Virus record (IMG/VR): IMGVR_UViG_3300021387_001438
Span: 11,359 to 75,358 of that record
DNA length: 64,000 bases
Strand: one strand, 5' to 3'
Source: a virus
Lineage: Duplodnaviria; Caudoviricetes
In this document: piece by piece, positions 10,305 through 19,930 of the stretch
Layout of the letters: every line of letters starts with the position of its first letter
Numbering within the stretch: position 1 is the stretch's first letter
Made by a program: the position numbers and the translations under genes
Notes under the pieces: model-generated
Database searches by the model: none
What the model was told of the DNA's origin: nothing
What the model saw: only the letters and a program-made list of their open reading frames with translations

Positions 10305-10679
10305 ATGGAACAATTTTGGACAATATTTTGGGGTGCAGTAGGAACTGCACTAACCGCATTAATGTCTTGGTTAACTTTTGTAATTACTAATTTCTTTAAT
10401 ACAAAAATTAAAGATAAGAAGATGGCAGAAATGGCTTCAGGTATTACAACCATTATCTTTAATGCAGTTACAGCAGTAACTCAAACTTTCGTTGATACTT
10501 TAAAAAAGAATGGAAAGTTTGATGAAGCTGCTCAAGCTGAAGCTCAAGAAAGAGCATTAAAAATTATTAATTCACAATTAACTGAACCAATGATTCAGTA
10601 TATCAAAGATAACTTTGGTGATGTTCAAGAATATTTAAAGAACAGAATTGAAGCTATGATTTATTCATTAAAAAAGTAG
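10305..10679 (+). CDS. Holin-like membrane protein (LL-H type)
   Basis: One N-terminal TM helix, AVTAVTQTFV, C-terminal RIEAMIYSLK. Confidence 0.6.
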   Translation: MEQFWTIFWGAVGTALTALMSWLTFVITNFFNTKIKDKKMAEMASGITTIIFNAVTAVTQTFVDTLKKNGKFDEAAQAEAQERALKIINSQLTEPMIQYIKDNFGDVQEYLKNRIEAMIYSLKK

Positions 10680-10689
10680 GTGATTATTA

Positions 10690-11172
10690 ATGGCAATTAT
10701 TGGTATAAATATTGATAAAAAGAATCCAGAATATAAAATTAGTGATTTTACTTTTTGGATGCCAAATTTTAAAAACTTCATGGCTACAGAAGATGGAATA
10801 ACCTATTTTAATAAATTATATCCAATTGCCAATGATAAAATATTCTATTCAATATTTGGTACAGATTGGGAATATGCAATGTCATTATGTATTGCACATT
10901 ATGCAACACTCATTGCTGAAAAAGACCAAGCTCCATCCGGTGATACCTTAAGAGGTATTGCCGGTGGTGGTGCTTACAAAGGAGTTCTTCAATCTGCAGG
11001 TGTTGGCGGATTTAGTAAATCTTATGATTTAACAAAGACTATGCTAGATTCACAAGAAGCATTATTTTGGAATCAAACCCCTTATGGAGTTTCATTGATG
11101 GCGTTATTAAAAACTAAGGCAATCCCATCAATTCTTGTTGTTACATCGTACCCAGTTCCAGGTGCAAATTAA
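10690..11172 (+). CDS. Head-tail connector (DUF4054 family)
   Basis: [33 protein letters not shown]. Confidence 0.8.
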   Translation: MAIIGINIDKKNPEYKISDFTFWMPNFKNFMATEDGITYFNKLYPIANDKIFYSIFGTDWEYAMSLCIAHYATLIAEKDQAPSGDTLRGIAGGGAYKGVLQSAGVGGFSKSYDLTKTMLDSQEALFWNQTPYGVSLMALLKTKAIPSILVVTSYPVPGAN

Positions 11173-11193
11173 TGGTAAGGAGAATTAGAATTT

Positions 11194-14100
11194 ATGAAGA
11201 AAATTAAAGTAAGAAAGTCATCAATGATGGATTCAATTTTTAATTTAAAAAATTTATATGCAAGTGATGATTTTAATAATAAATTAAAAGATAAATTTTG
11301 GGATGAAGATTTAGTATCTGAAGCCTTAGAAAGATTTTTTGAGGGAGATTATGGTAATCTCCCAGATTATATTGCAAGAGCAAATGAAAAATATTCTGCT
11401 GGTGAAGGTGATAAATTAACCGGTATTTATCAATCATCTGCTAATGGGGCTTCTTCACCAAAGACAGATTTATGTATTATGTATTCAAAGAAAGATGATA
11501 AATATTTTTTATTAACTACTGATGAATACTTATTTAAAAACAATATTGCTGCTTTAGAAAAAGCAGAAAAGGAAGTCGCTAAGATTGAACAGAGAACTGG
11601 TGAAGTTAAAGGTGACCCTGCAAAACCAGAGTTACAAACAAATTTCTTAAATAGAGATACAAAAATCGTTGAAGGTTATGACTATAAAAACAGTTTAAAA
11701 GATGTTATTTGGTCTGATAAAGATGTTAAATTAGCATTAGAAAAGTTCTTCCATGAAGATTATGGTAATGCTAATCCTAGATTCGTAAAAGAAAATAAAG
11801 AAAAAGTTAGAAATCAATATGGTAATATCTTTGGTATTTATCCAATTGATGAACATAATCTTAATGATTTAGTTGTTTATTATAGTCAGAATGATGATGT
11901 AATTTATTTGTTATCTGTTGGTGATTTTGAAAACTTTAAGGCTTATTGGTTAACTGGTCAATATAAAGGTAGAATGTCTGAAAAAGAAGAAGAGGTTAAA
12001 GGTGATTATGGAAAAATTTTAACTCCTCAAGAATATACAGAACCTCTTGAAAAGGACCCAACAATTAAAAAGTTTTTAGCTCCTTTTATTAATCGTGGTG
12101 ATTTATTAGATACCGATTTATTAAATCCATCTAATAAGTTAGGTTATGAAGGTGATGAAGAAGAGGACGATAAAACTAAAAATAAAAAAGGCCCAGAAAT
12201 TTTAAGAAAACTTAATGACCTTAGACAAAAGGTTGCTAATAATGCTGCACCATTTAATGTAGCTTCTCCTGAAGAAAAAGAAAAGTTGTTAGCTTTCTTA
12301 GATGAATTATTAAGAATTAAGAATATTGAAAAAGCTAATTTCTATAAGAAGGGTACAAGCTATGATATTCCTGAACATAAATTAAATAAATTCCAGAATG
12401 AAGTTATTAGAAATTTATGGGCTCCAAAGAGAAATAAGAAAGCTATTGAAGAAGAAAACAAAAATCTTAAAGAAGCTAAAAAATTCTTAGAAGAATTTGC
12501 TACAACATATAATCAATCTGATGCAAAAGCTAAAACAAAGTATGATGAGCAGCTTAAAGAATTAATCGAAAAATTCTCTAGTAAGTTACCAAAGAGTAAA
12601 GGTCAAACAAAAAATATTGGTATTATTGGTAGAATTATTATGGTATTTAAAGATATCCTTGATAATCAAAAAGATAAAAAAGATAAAGATGGAAACATTG
12701 TTCCAGGAAAACAGATTATCTATAATTATCAAGCAAAAGATTTAGATTTATTATATTCATTAATTGATGATAAACTAGCTAAAAATGCAGAAGAAGAGGA
12801 CCATTTAAAAACTTTAAATTTACCTCTTGAGTACCATGGCGTTGCTCCTAAGTCAACAATTGCTGCAGTTAAAGCATTCTTAGAGGACCCTGAAAAGATT
12901 AAGAAGTCAAATGAAAAAGCTCAGGCAGATTATGAAAGAAATAAAAATTCTGATAAGTATAAGAAGAAAGAGCATGGCTTCCAAATTCCAGAGGATATTG
13001 TTGCTCAGCTACAACAGTTGGCAGAAGAATATAATATTTCTTATGAAGATATTATTGAAAAGATTGCTCAATTAGTATATCTAGAAAATAGAAGTACTCC
13101 ACAAGCAGTTGAAATTTTCTTTAATAGAATTAAAAAACCATACTATTTAACGGAGGATTCAAAGAGCATGAATGATTCAATTAAATATTGTGTATATTTA
13201 AATGGTGAACCATATGTTACATGTGATACAGAAGATGAAGCATATCAAATTGAAGCTCAAATTTATGCTGCATCAAACACAGAAGAAGACTTCCAAGAAT
13301 ATTATGGTTATTATCCAGAAGTTGAAATTAAACAAATCAGAGTTGCTGATTCCGTTTCTACTAATAAATTTGTTGATTTAGGTGAAGTTACAGATGAATA
13401 CACTCATGAAGTTTGTGGTCATATATATAAGTATAGAGGATATTATATTTATAATGATTTTTGTGATGATGTTATTAAAATTTCACCAATTCTTGAAGAT
13501 GGAGAAGTAATTACTGAAGAAGACGAACTTAAAGAAATTATGGTTAGTAATATAAATGAAGCTCGTATGTATATTGATGAATGTGTAGATAATAATCAAT
13601 TTGTCGAAGATTCAAAAGTAAATGATTTTGAATATTATAGAAAGCATAAAACTCCTACAGGTAGTGGCTGGGATATAATTAATGAAGAAAAGAATAAACC
13701 AGACCGTACAGCAGCTCATAAGCAGCATAGACAAGAAACTAACTGGCAAGACCCAGAAGGTATTTATACAAATTGGAGAGTAAAAGGAATAAGATTTGAT
13801 TTAAATGCTGCTGATGTTGATGGTATTACAGAAAAAGAAAAGAGTAAGGTTTATACTGGTAGAATCTTAATTATTGGTGAGCACTACTTTAAGAATAATG
13901 ATTCTGTTATTTCTGATACATGGGATACATTTGAATTTAAGTTTGATGTTGATGCAAACAATTTTACAATCTTTGGTTGGACAGATGCATTCCCAGTTGG
14001 TGAAAGAGATAAAATTGAATCTCTTGCGGCTAATGAATTTAGAAAACAGTATTTAAAGAAAAAAGAAGTAAATCTTGTTAGTGAATTATCAGAAGAAGAA

Positions 14101-16248
14101 TTAGATAAATTTACAAAGTCATTTGGTATTTCTAATATTATTCAAGGTAAAAAACAAGATGGAACAAAAGTTAATGCTGAAGGCAAACTAGCAGCAAAGG
14201 CACTTAAGGCTAAATTAAATTCTCAAGGTATTGATACTGAACAGTATGATAAGGTATTATATATCGATGAAAATGGTAGAGTAAAAGAAGAATACTTCTC
14301 TGATGTAGCGGATAAGATTAATAATGATGGTACATTTATAGCTATCAAGATTCATGATGATAAATATAATACTGACCATTATGGTGTAATTAATTTAAAA
14401 GGAAATAAACTTGAGTTTATTCCAAGAGCCGAACGAGCAAGATATGTTAATGAAAGAAATGAACCACTAAATAAACAAAAATTTGGTGGAGGTGAAAATA
14501 CTCCAGGTGAACCAAAATCTGCAGATGAAATGGATGAAGAAAGATATCAAAAGTTTGTTGCAAGATATGGTGAAAAGGGTTCAAAGAAAATTGATTCTTT
14601 ATTAGTTAAGTTAGGTGTTACAAAACCAATTGATAAGATGACTTATATTTTATCTATCGGTGACCGTAAGAAAGCAAGTGAAATTATTGCGGCTTTAACA
14701 GCAACATTAAATGCTAAGAAATTACCAGAAAATATTGCCGCTGTCGAAGCTGCTACCACAAAAGGTGCAGCCGTTCCTGAGCCTGATAAATTTAAGACTA
14801 AGAAAATTGAAAGAGATATTATCACTCATGATTTAACTGATGAATTTGCACATGTTGTTGACCTTAAGAAAGCAACTCTTGGTGAATATAGTGCCGCAGC
14901 AATTAAAGAATATAAAGAAGGATTACAAGAATTATATAATTTAATTGGCGATAATGATTGGAAGATTGTTTTTAATGATGAAGAATTATTCAGTTATGGT
15001 AAAAACAACAAATCAATTGAAGAGTGGATTAAGCTTATTGCTATAAATGATAATATCGATAAACTTGGTTCATTCTCAAGCATTGAGTATGTTGAAAAAG
15101 AATCTGTTACAGAAGAGACTACTGAAGAAGAGGCTACTCCAGTAACTGATTCATGGGACCGTTCAGATGATAAAGCATATATTGAAAAATTAAAGAATTA
15201 TGTAAATGGATTATTATCAAAAATTAAAGACGAGTCTACACATAAAGCATTCTTTAGAGAGCATAACCTACCAGTATATGCAGAACCTTATAATTATCTA
15301 TTAAGTTTAATTGATAAGGTTGTTGCTAAAACTGAAGGCGTAGATGTAAATCCAAACCTTGCTTTATTAGATGTATTAAAGAAATTTGGTAATAAGCAAT
15401 TTAATAATAGATTATATAATAATTTATTCAGATATGTTACAGATGTATTTGATGATATGGTTCCAATGGTTAAGACTCCTGAATATGATGAAAATTTCAA
15501 AAAATCTGAAGTTTCTGATAGTCAGTATACAAATTTAAAGGATTCATTTAATAATGAAGAATACAAAGAATTTGTAGCATTATGTAAGAAATTAAATCTT
15601 AATACAATGGCAGACATTAAGCAATTTTCTGAAAATCATGGAAATGTAAAAGATAAAGAACTTCTTGCTGCAATGAGATTAGCTACAGAAAACTTAGTTA
15701 CTGATGCAACAGATAATACAAAGTATTATTTATATTATATTCCATACAATCAGGTAGATGGTAAGAAAATATATTATGTTGGTCGTGGAAAAATGACATA
15801 TGTATTTAAGTCAGAAGATTCTGGTTATAAACCAAAAGAAGTTACTTTTGATGATGCTGTAAAGATTGCAAAGCAATTTAAACAGCAAGAGTCTGCTAGA
15901 TTATACTTAGAAGATATTATATCTAAAGATACAATTAGTATTACTGATGAAGTTCCTGCAAAATATAAGCTATGTTTTGAAGGTGAAGATACTTATGATA
16001 TGTTTGATGAAACAGATGTTGAAGATATCTACATTAATAAACTTCCTTCTGATGTAACAGAAGAAGCAGCAATTAAAGCTAAGCTTAAAGAAATTGCTAA
16101 AAAGATTTATAAATCTCGTCAAGGTCAGGTAAATCCAGATAATTATGAAATTGAATTCACTGATGTATATATTACAGAAGATGGAAAGTATGTTCAAAGC
16201 ATTTTAAGTGGAATGTTACCAATCAAAACAAGACTTAAAAAGAACTAA
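11194..16248 (+). CDS. Large multidomain (polyvalent-like) virion-associated protein, 1684 aa
   Basis: Uninterrupted ORF with AAGGAG RBS inside the structural operon; tandem N-terminal domain duplication. Confidence 0.7.
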   Translation: MKKIKVRKSSMMDSIFNLKNLYASDDFNNKLKDKFWDEDLVSEALERFFEGDYGNLPDYIARANEKYSAGEGDKLTGIYQSSANGASSPKTDLCIMYSKKDDKYFLLTTDEYLFKNNIAALEKAEKEVAKIEQRTGEVKGDPAKPELQTNFLNRDTKIVEGYDYKNSLKDVIWSDKDVKLALEKFFHEDYGNANPRFVKENKEKVRNQYGNIFGIYPIDEHNLNDLVVYYSQNDDVIYLLSVGDFENFKAYWLTGQYKGRMSEKEEEVKGDYGKILTPQEYTEPLEKDPTIKKFLAPFINRGDLLDTDLLNPSNKLGYEGDEEEDDKTKNKKGPEILRKLNDLRQKVANNAAPFNVASPEEKEKLLAFLDELLRIKNIEKANFYKKGTSYDIPEHKLNKFQNEVIRNLWAPKRNKKAIEEENKNLKEAKKFLEEFATTYNQSDAKAKTKYDEQLKELIEKFSSKLPKSKGQTKNIGIIGRIIMVFKDILDNQKDKKDKDGNIVPGKQIIYNYQAKDLDLLYSLIDDKLAKNAEEEDHLKTLNLPLEYHGVAPKSTIAAVKAFLEDPEKIKKSNEKAQADYERNKNSDKYKKKEHGFQIPEDIVAQLQQLAEEYNISYEDIIEKIAQLVYLENRSTPQAVEIFFNRIKKPYYLTEDSKSMNDSIKYCVYLNGEPYVTCDTEDEAYQIEAQIYAASNTEEDFQEYYGYYPEVEIKQIRVADSVSTNKFVDLGEVTDEYTHEVCGHIYKYRGYYIYNDFCDDVIKISPILEDGEVITEEDELKEIMVSNINEARMYIDECVDNNQFVEDSKVNDFEYYRKHKTPTGSGWDIINEEKNKPDRTAAHKQHRQETNWQDPEGIYTNWRVKGIRFDLNAADVDGITEKEKSKVYTGRILIIGEHYFKNNDSVISDTWDTFEFKFDVDANNFTIFGWTDAFPVGERDKIESLAANEFRKQYLKKKEVNLVSELSEEELDKFTKSFGISNIIQGKKQDGTKVNAEGKLAAKALKAKLNSQGIDTEQYDKVLYIDENGRVKEEYFSDVADKINNDGTFIAIKIHDDKYNTDHYGVINLKGNKLEFIPRAERARYVNERNEPLNKQKFGGGENTPGEPKSADEMDEERYQKFVARYGEKGSKKIDSLLVKLGVTKPIDKMTYILSIGDRKKASEIIAALTATLNAKKLPENIAAVEAATTKGAAVPEPDKFKTKKIERDIITHDLTDEFAHVVDLKKATLGEYSAAAIKEYKEGLQELYNLIGDNDWKIVFNDEELFSYGKNNKSIEEWIKLIAINDNIDKLGSFSSIEYVEKESVTEETTEEEATPVTDSWDRSDDKAYIEKLKNYVNGLLSKIKDESTHKAFFREHNLPVYAEPYNYLLSLIDKVVAKTEGVDVNPNLALLDVLKKFGNKQFNNRLYNNLFRYVTDVFDDMVPMVKTPEYDENFKKSEVSDSQYTNLKDSFNNEEYKEFVALCKKLNLNTMADIKQFSENHGNVKDKELLAAMRLATENLVTDATDNTKYYLYYIPYNQVDGKKIYYVGRGKMTYVFKSEDSGYKPKEVTFDDAVKIAKQFKQQESARLYLEDIISKDTISITDEVPAKYKLCFEGEDTYDMFDETDVEDIYINKLPSDVTEEAAIKAKLKEIAKKIYKSRQGQVNPDNYEIEFTDVYITEDGKYVQSILSGMLPIKTRLKKN

Positions 16249-16259
16249 AATCAAATAGA

Positions 16260-16292
16260 AAAAGAAGAGTATTTTAGTGATACTCTTCTTTT
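16260..16292 (+). terminator. Intrinsic terminator
   Basis: AAAAGAAGAGTAT / ATACTCTTCTTTT perfect 13-bp inverted repeat, 7-nt loop. Confidence 0.8.
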
Positions 16293-16303
16293 GATATAAT
16301 CAG

Positions 16304-16332
16304 TTGCATTATAAAAATTATAACGGTATAAT
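16304..16332 (+). promoter_or_regulatory. sigma70-type promoter
   Basis: TTGCAT-17 nt-TATAAT. Confidence 0.55.
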
Positions 16333-16416
16333 AATTTAGAAGGGAACACTAATAAAAATTATATTAGTATCAAAGTCAGTATTGAAGAAAAATTTATAAT
16401 TGTAGGAGGGCAAAAA

Positions 16417-16728
16417 ATGGGTGATAATGAGATTGAAAAGAAAGTTATTCAGCATGACGAGCATTTGAAGTCTATTGACCGCCGACTTGATAAAGTAGAA
16501 AACATATCAGAAAATTTAAATAAAGTTAGTATTAGTCTTGAAAAGTTAAATATGTCTGTTGAATCTATTGTTACAAGTCAAAAGAAACAGGAGGAAGATA
16601 TTGAAATGCTTAAGCTTCAACCTGGTAAAACTGCTAAAGATATGTGGATTGCTGTTGCCAAGGCAGCAGCCACTGCAATTATTGGTGCACTTATTGGTGC
16701 ATTATTGGCATTAATTATAAAAAAATAA
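16417..16728 (+). CDS. XhlA/holin-like protein
   Basis: N-terminal coiled coil (HDEHLKSIDRRLDKVE) and one C-terminal TM helix. Confidence 0.55.
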   Translation: MGDNEIEKKVIQHDEHLKSIDRRLDKVENISENLNKVSISLEKLNMSVESIVTSQKKQEEDIEMLKLQPGKTAKDMWIAVAKAAATAIIGALIGALLALIIKK

Positions 16729-16747
16729 AAAAAGGAGAAAAGAAAAA

Positions 16748-17119
16748 ATGGCAAATAGAGATTTTAAAAATGTAAAAAGAATGATATCTAATATTTCAGA
16801 AGATACATATGAAGCCGCCGAATCTGGTGGTGGGGGTAGTGAGTATGTTGACCATATAACTTTGGCATACGGTACAACTGAATTAACTGAAGAGCAAATT
16901 GGGTTTTTATTACAAAATCCGTATGCTTATATTGTATATGTTGACACACCTTTTTACCCTAACAAGTTTAATGGTGCTGCACTTGGTTATGTAACACAAG
17001 TAAATAGCCATAATAATGGTGCAAGTTTATATATAGAATCTATGGTAATTTCCACAAGAAATGGTGCTATTACTATACAAAAATGGACATTAGCAACAAA
17101 TGTTACTCCTACTAATTAG
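16748..17119 (+). CDS. Fibre/adhesin-like module, MANR family
   Basis: N-terminus MANRDFKNVKRMISNIS shared with 17167 and 21218; Gly linker. Confidence 0.5.
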   Translation: MANRDFKNVKRMISNISEDTYEAAESGGGGSEYVDHITLAYGTTELTEEQIGFLLQNPYAYIVYVDTPFYPNKFNGAALGYVTQVNSHNNGASLYIESMVISTRNGAITIQKWTLATNVTPTN

Positions 17120-17166
17120 AAGGCTTTAAGTTTTGAAAATAAATAAAAGAAAGGAAAATAAAAATT

Positions 17167-18318
17167 ATGGCAAATAGAGACGGAAAATTAATTTTAAGAA
17201 CTTTAAAAAATATTAGTGCATCTATCGAGGTTGATGGTGGAGGAGGTACTAAGGTAGTTACTGAGTTACCTGATGTAGGTGAGGAACACACAGTGTATGA
17301 GTTACACGAGGATAAACCAGATGATTATCCTTGGTTATTAACTAAGATAGATAAAAGTGGAGAGTATTCAGCAACAAATTATCCAATTATTGTAGTTGAA
17401 ACATTGGAAGATGCTCAAGCTATGGAAAATCCAGAACACATTAATGTAGTATTCTGGGTAAGAAGCGAGTCAAAAGCATATGAATGTTTTGTTGGTAAAG
17501 GCGGAATCTGGGTTGAATTTAACGAGGTTGATGTAGTAGATAAGGTTTATGCAGGTCAACTTGGTGATTTTGCAATTCTAAAAGATTTTGATTACCATGT
17601 TACAACAGACACTGATGAGGAGGGATATACTATTTTAGATGGTACAGGACATTTCTTAGATGGTAGTGAGTTTACATATGATAATGAAGGGGATGCTGTT
17701 GCACCTTTTGTATTAACAAATGCCACAGATAAGAAATATGGGTTAGATGATAATAACTTAGTAGGTATCATAGATTTAACTAATAGTACTATACCAATTC
17801 CTGAAAGTTGTATTGTTACAAAAATTGACTTAAGTCTTCTTAATGGGAAATTTGCAATCGGTATAGTATTTGCTCCACAACCAGCGCATACTGAAATTTC
17901 TTACTGGATTTATACTAATAACGAATGGGTAAATATGGATAAAACTGGTGGTACTTTATTAGGCGGTGTTTATACTAATGGAGATAATCCAAGTTTAAGT
18001 GCAGATTTTGATATTTATTATAATGATACTAAATTAGAAATTAATGATTATGCTACATATCCAACCACAGAATATGCTGCTCCTACTACATATGCAACAA
18101 TATCTGGTTTACCAAAACTTGATAGTCAAACAAATGAATTTAAATTAATGGTTCATCCTAATGTAATTGTTGACACATCACGGGATAGATTAACTATTTC
18201 AGTAAATGGAGAAGAACAATATGAAAGTAATTGGAATGAACAAATTCCTTCTGAGATTTCTATAAATGTTTCTGGTATTTGTCAAATAAAGATTGGTATA
18301 GGTGGATTACCACATTAA
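17167..18318 (+). CDS. Fibre/adhesin-like protein, paralog of 21218
   Basis: MANR start, VVTELP.VGE.HT.YELH and SYW.YTNNEWVNMD blocks shared with 21218. Confidence 0.55.
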   Translation: MANRDGKLILRTLKNISASIEVDGGGGTKVVTELPDVGEEHTVYELHEDKPDDYPWLLTKIDKSGEYSATNYPIIVVETLEDAQAMENPEHINVVFWVRSESKAYECFVGKGGIWVEFNEVDVVDKVYAGQLGDFAILKDFDYHVTTDTDEEGYTILDGTGHFLDGSEFTYDNEGDAVAPFVLTNATDKKYGLDDNNLVGIIDLTNSTIPIPESCIVTKIDLSLLNGKFAIGIVFAPQPAHTEISYWIYTNNEWVNMDKTGGTLLGGVYTNGDNPSLSADFDIYYNDTKLEINDYATYPTTEYAAPTTYATISGLPKLDSQTNEFKLMVHPNVIVDTSRDRLTISVNGEEQYESNWNEQIPSEISINVSGICQIKIGIGGLPH

Positions 18319-18468
18319 AAAAGACTGAAGTTCCTGCAAGAATTTAAAAACTAAATAACAATATAAGACTCAAGGACAAGGAGTAGATAAACTCCGAACT
18401 CCTTGAGTTTATTATGTAGGCTGTTTATGCGATATAATCGCAACTACAGCAGAAAGGAAAAATTAATC

Positions 18469-19245
18469 ATGAAAAGAAAAATGAAAGATAGTGACTATTA
18501 TTATAACTCAGAACCAGAAGATTTTGATGTTGAAGGAGTTTTTGAAAAGGTAGTAGCAAAGCATGCTCCTACATATTTTGATACATGTGAAGTTATATAT
18601 GGTTGGGCAGAAATTAATATTTCACAAATTTTAAATAAATTAGATGCAAGTACTAAATCTACAATCATTAATAAAATTATTGATGAATTAAATAATAAAT
18701 TTGAGACCACTGTAGTTTATGAAGATGATGTATTTGCTGTTAGTCTTGAAGGTGCAAATATTGCAGAAGAAGAAGTTGGGTATACTGCTGATACAACTCT
18801 TGTTGAAGATTTAGAAGGTCCAGATATGTATGATGTTCTTGAAAATGAAAAGCATATCATTGATAAAAAACTTTATAATGTATTTAAGGTTCCTGCTAAT
18901 GCAAAATATGATATTACTAGTGGTGATGAATATATTTATTATGGTACATATAATTTAGATGTTCAATTTATTGAAGATGGCTTCGATTTTATTAAGTCAA
19001 AATTTGCAGATAAAGCATGGCACATTATTTATCATGTTTTAGAAGATAATGATTTAACAGGAATGCTAGTACCAGATGAAAATGATATTGAAGAAACAGA
19101 AGTAATTGAAAGCAATGTATTCGCTGGTAAGGCTGGATTATTTACTGGTAAACTTACTATTGATAATATTAGAGTTTATTGGGAATATGATTGTAATGAT
19201 TTAGTTGCTGAACCTGATGAATATGATGAATATTATGATAGATAA
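18469..19245 (+). CDS. Hypothetical acidic protein
   Basis: AGAAAGGA RBS supports ATG 18469 (MKRKMKDS...) over the TTG at 18403. Confidence 0.65.
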   Translation: MKRKMKDSDYYYNSEPEDFDVEGVFEKVVAKHAPTYFDTCEVIYGWAEINISQILNKLDASTKSTIINKIIDELNNKFETTVVYEDDVFAVSLEGANIAEEEVGYTADTTLVEDLEGPDMYDVLENEKHIIDKKLYNVFKVPANAKYDITSGDEYIYYGTYNLDVQFIEDGFDFIKSKFADKAWHIIYHVLEDNDLTGMLVPDENDIEETEVIESNVFAGKAGLFTGKLTIDNIRVYWEYDCNDLVAEPDEYDEYYDR

Positions 19246-19263
19246 AAGGAGGTATAAAATATT

Positions 19264-19917
19264 ATGCCAAATCAAATGACTTTTGCAGAAGTAGATGGAT
19301 ATATTGTATGCTATATTAATGGTATAGAAGTATCTAGAGCTAAGAAAGCTGCTGATGGTACATCAACAGCAGAAGTAATAGATATTATTAATGACCAGAT
19401 TAAAGCGAATCCTACTCTTGAAGGTACTGAACCAGATTTAGAAGGGTTAGAAGTTTCTGGTGATAAATATGCTGTTCCTCAAGGTGGAGGAGGAGCAACT
19501 TTAGACGATATTGTAGACTCAGCAGGAAATAAAAGATTTATTGAAGGTAATTTAAATTTTGTTTTGCCTGAAGTGTATCCATTAACAAACGTATACAGTA
19601 AATGGAGTTTAAGTGGTACTCATTTAATGATTGTTGGTGTTTTAGCAAATAACACTGAAAATTCAATTACAATTGCTTCAAATATAAATATCTTTGAATT
19701 AGAATTGCCAGATTATATAATGTCAAAAATTATCCCTATTAACGCCGGTAATGGATTAGTTAGTAATATATCCGGATTAGATGGTAATTCCGTAACCATT
19801 CCTTTTAAATTATTTAAAGGTAACATATTGGCAATAAGAGGTATTACTAGTGGATTGTCAGCTGGTAAACAAGTTCGTTTCCAATTCGACCTATTAATAG
19901 ACGCTGATTATAGCTAG
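19264..19917 (+). CDS. Tail fibre-like protein
   Basis: NPTL.G.EPDLEG.E..G.KY.V..GGG block shared with 19931; beta-rich C-terminus. Confidence 0.5.
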   Translation: MPNQMTFAEVDGYIVCYINGIEVSRAKKAADGTSTAEVIDIINDQIKANPTLEGTEPDLEGLEVSGDKYAVPQGGGGATLDDIVDSAGNKRFIEGNLNFVLPEVYPLTNVYSKWSLSGTHLMIVGVLANNTENSITIASNINIFELELPDYIMSKIIPINAGNGLVSNISGLDGNSVTIPFKLFKGNILAIRGITSGLSAGKQVRFQFDLLIDADYS

Positions 19918-19930
19918 GAGGTAAAAATTA

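Noticed and set aside
11194-16248. Tape measure protein
   Set aside because: Acidic and domain-like, without the Ala/Gly-rich periodic helices or upstream chaperone genes of tape measures.
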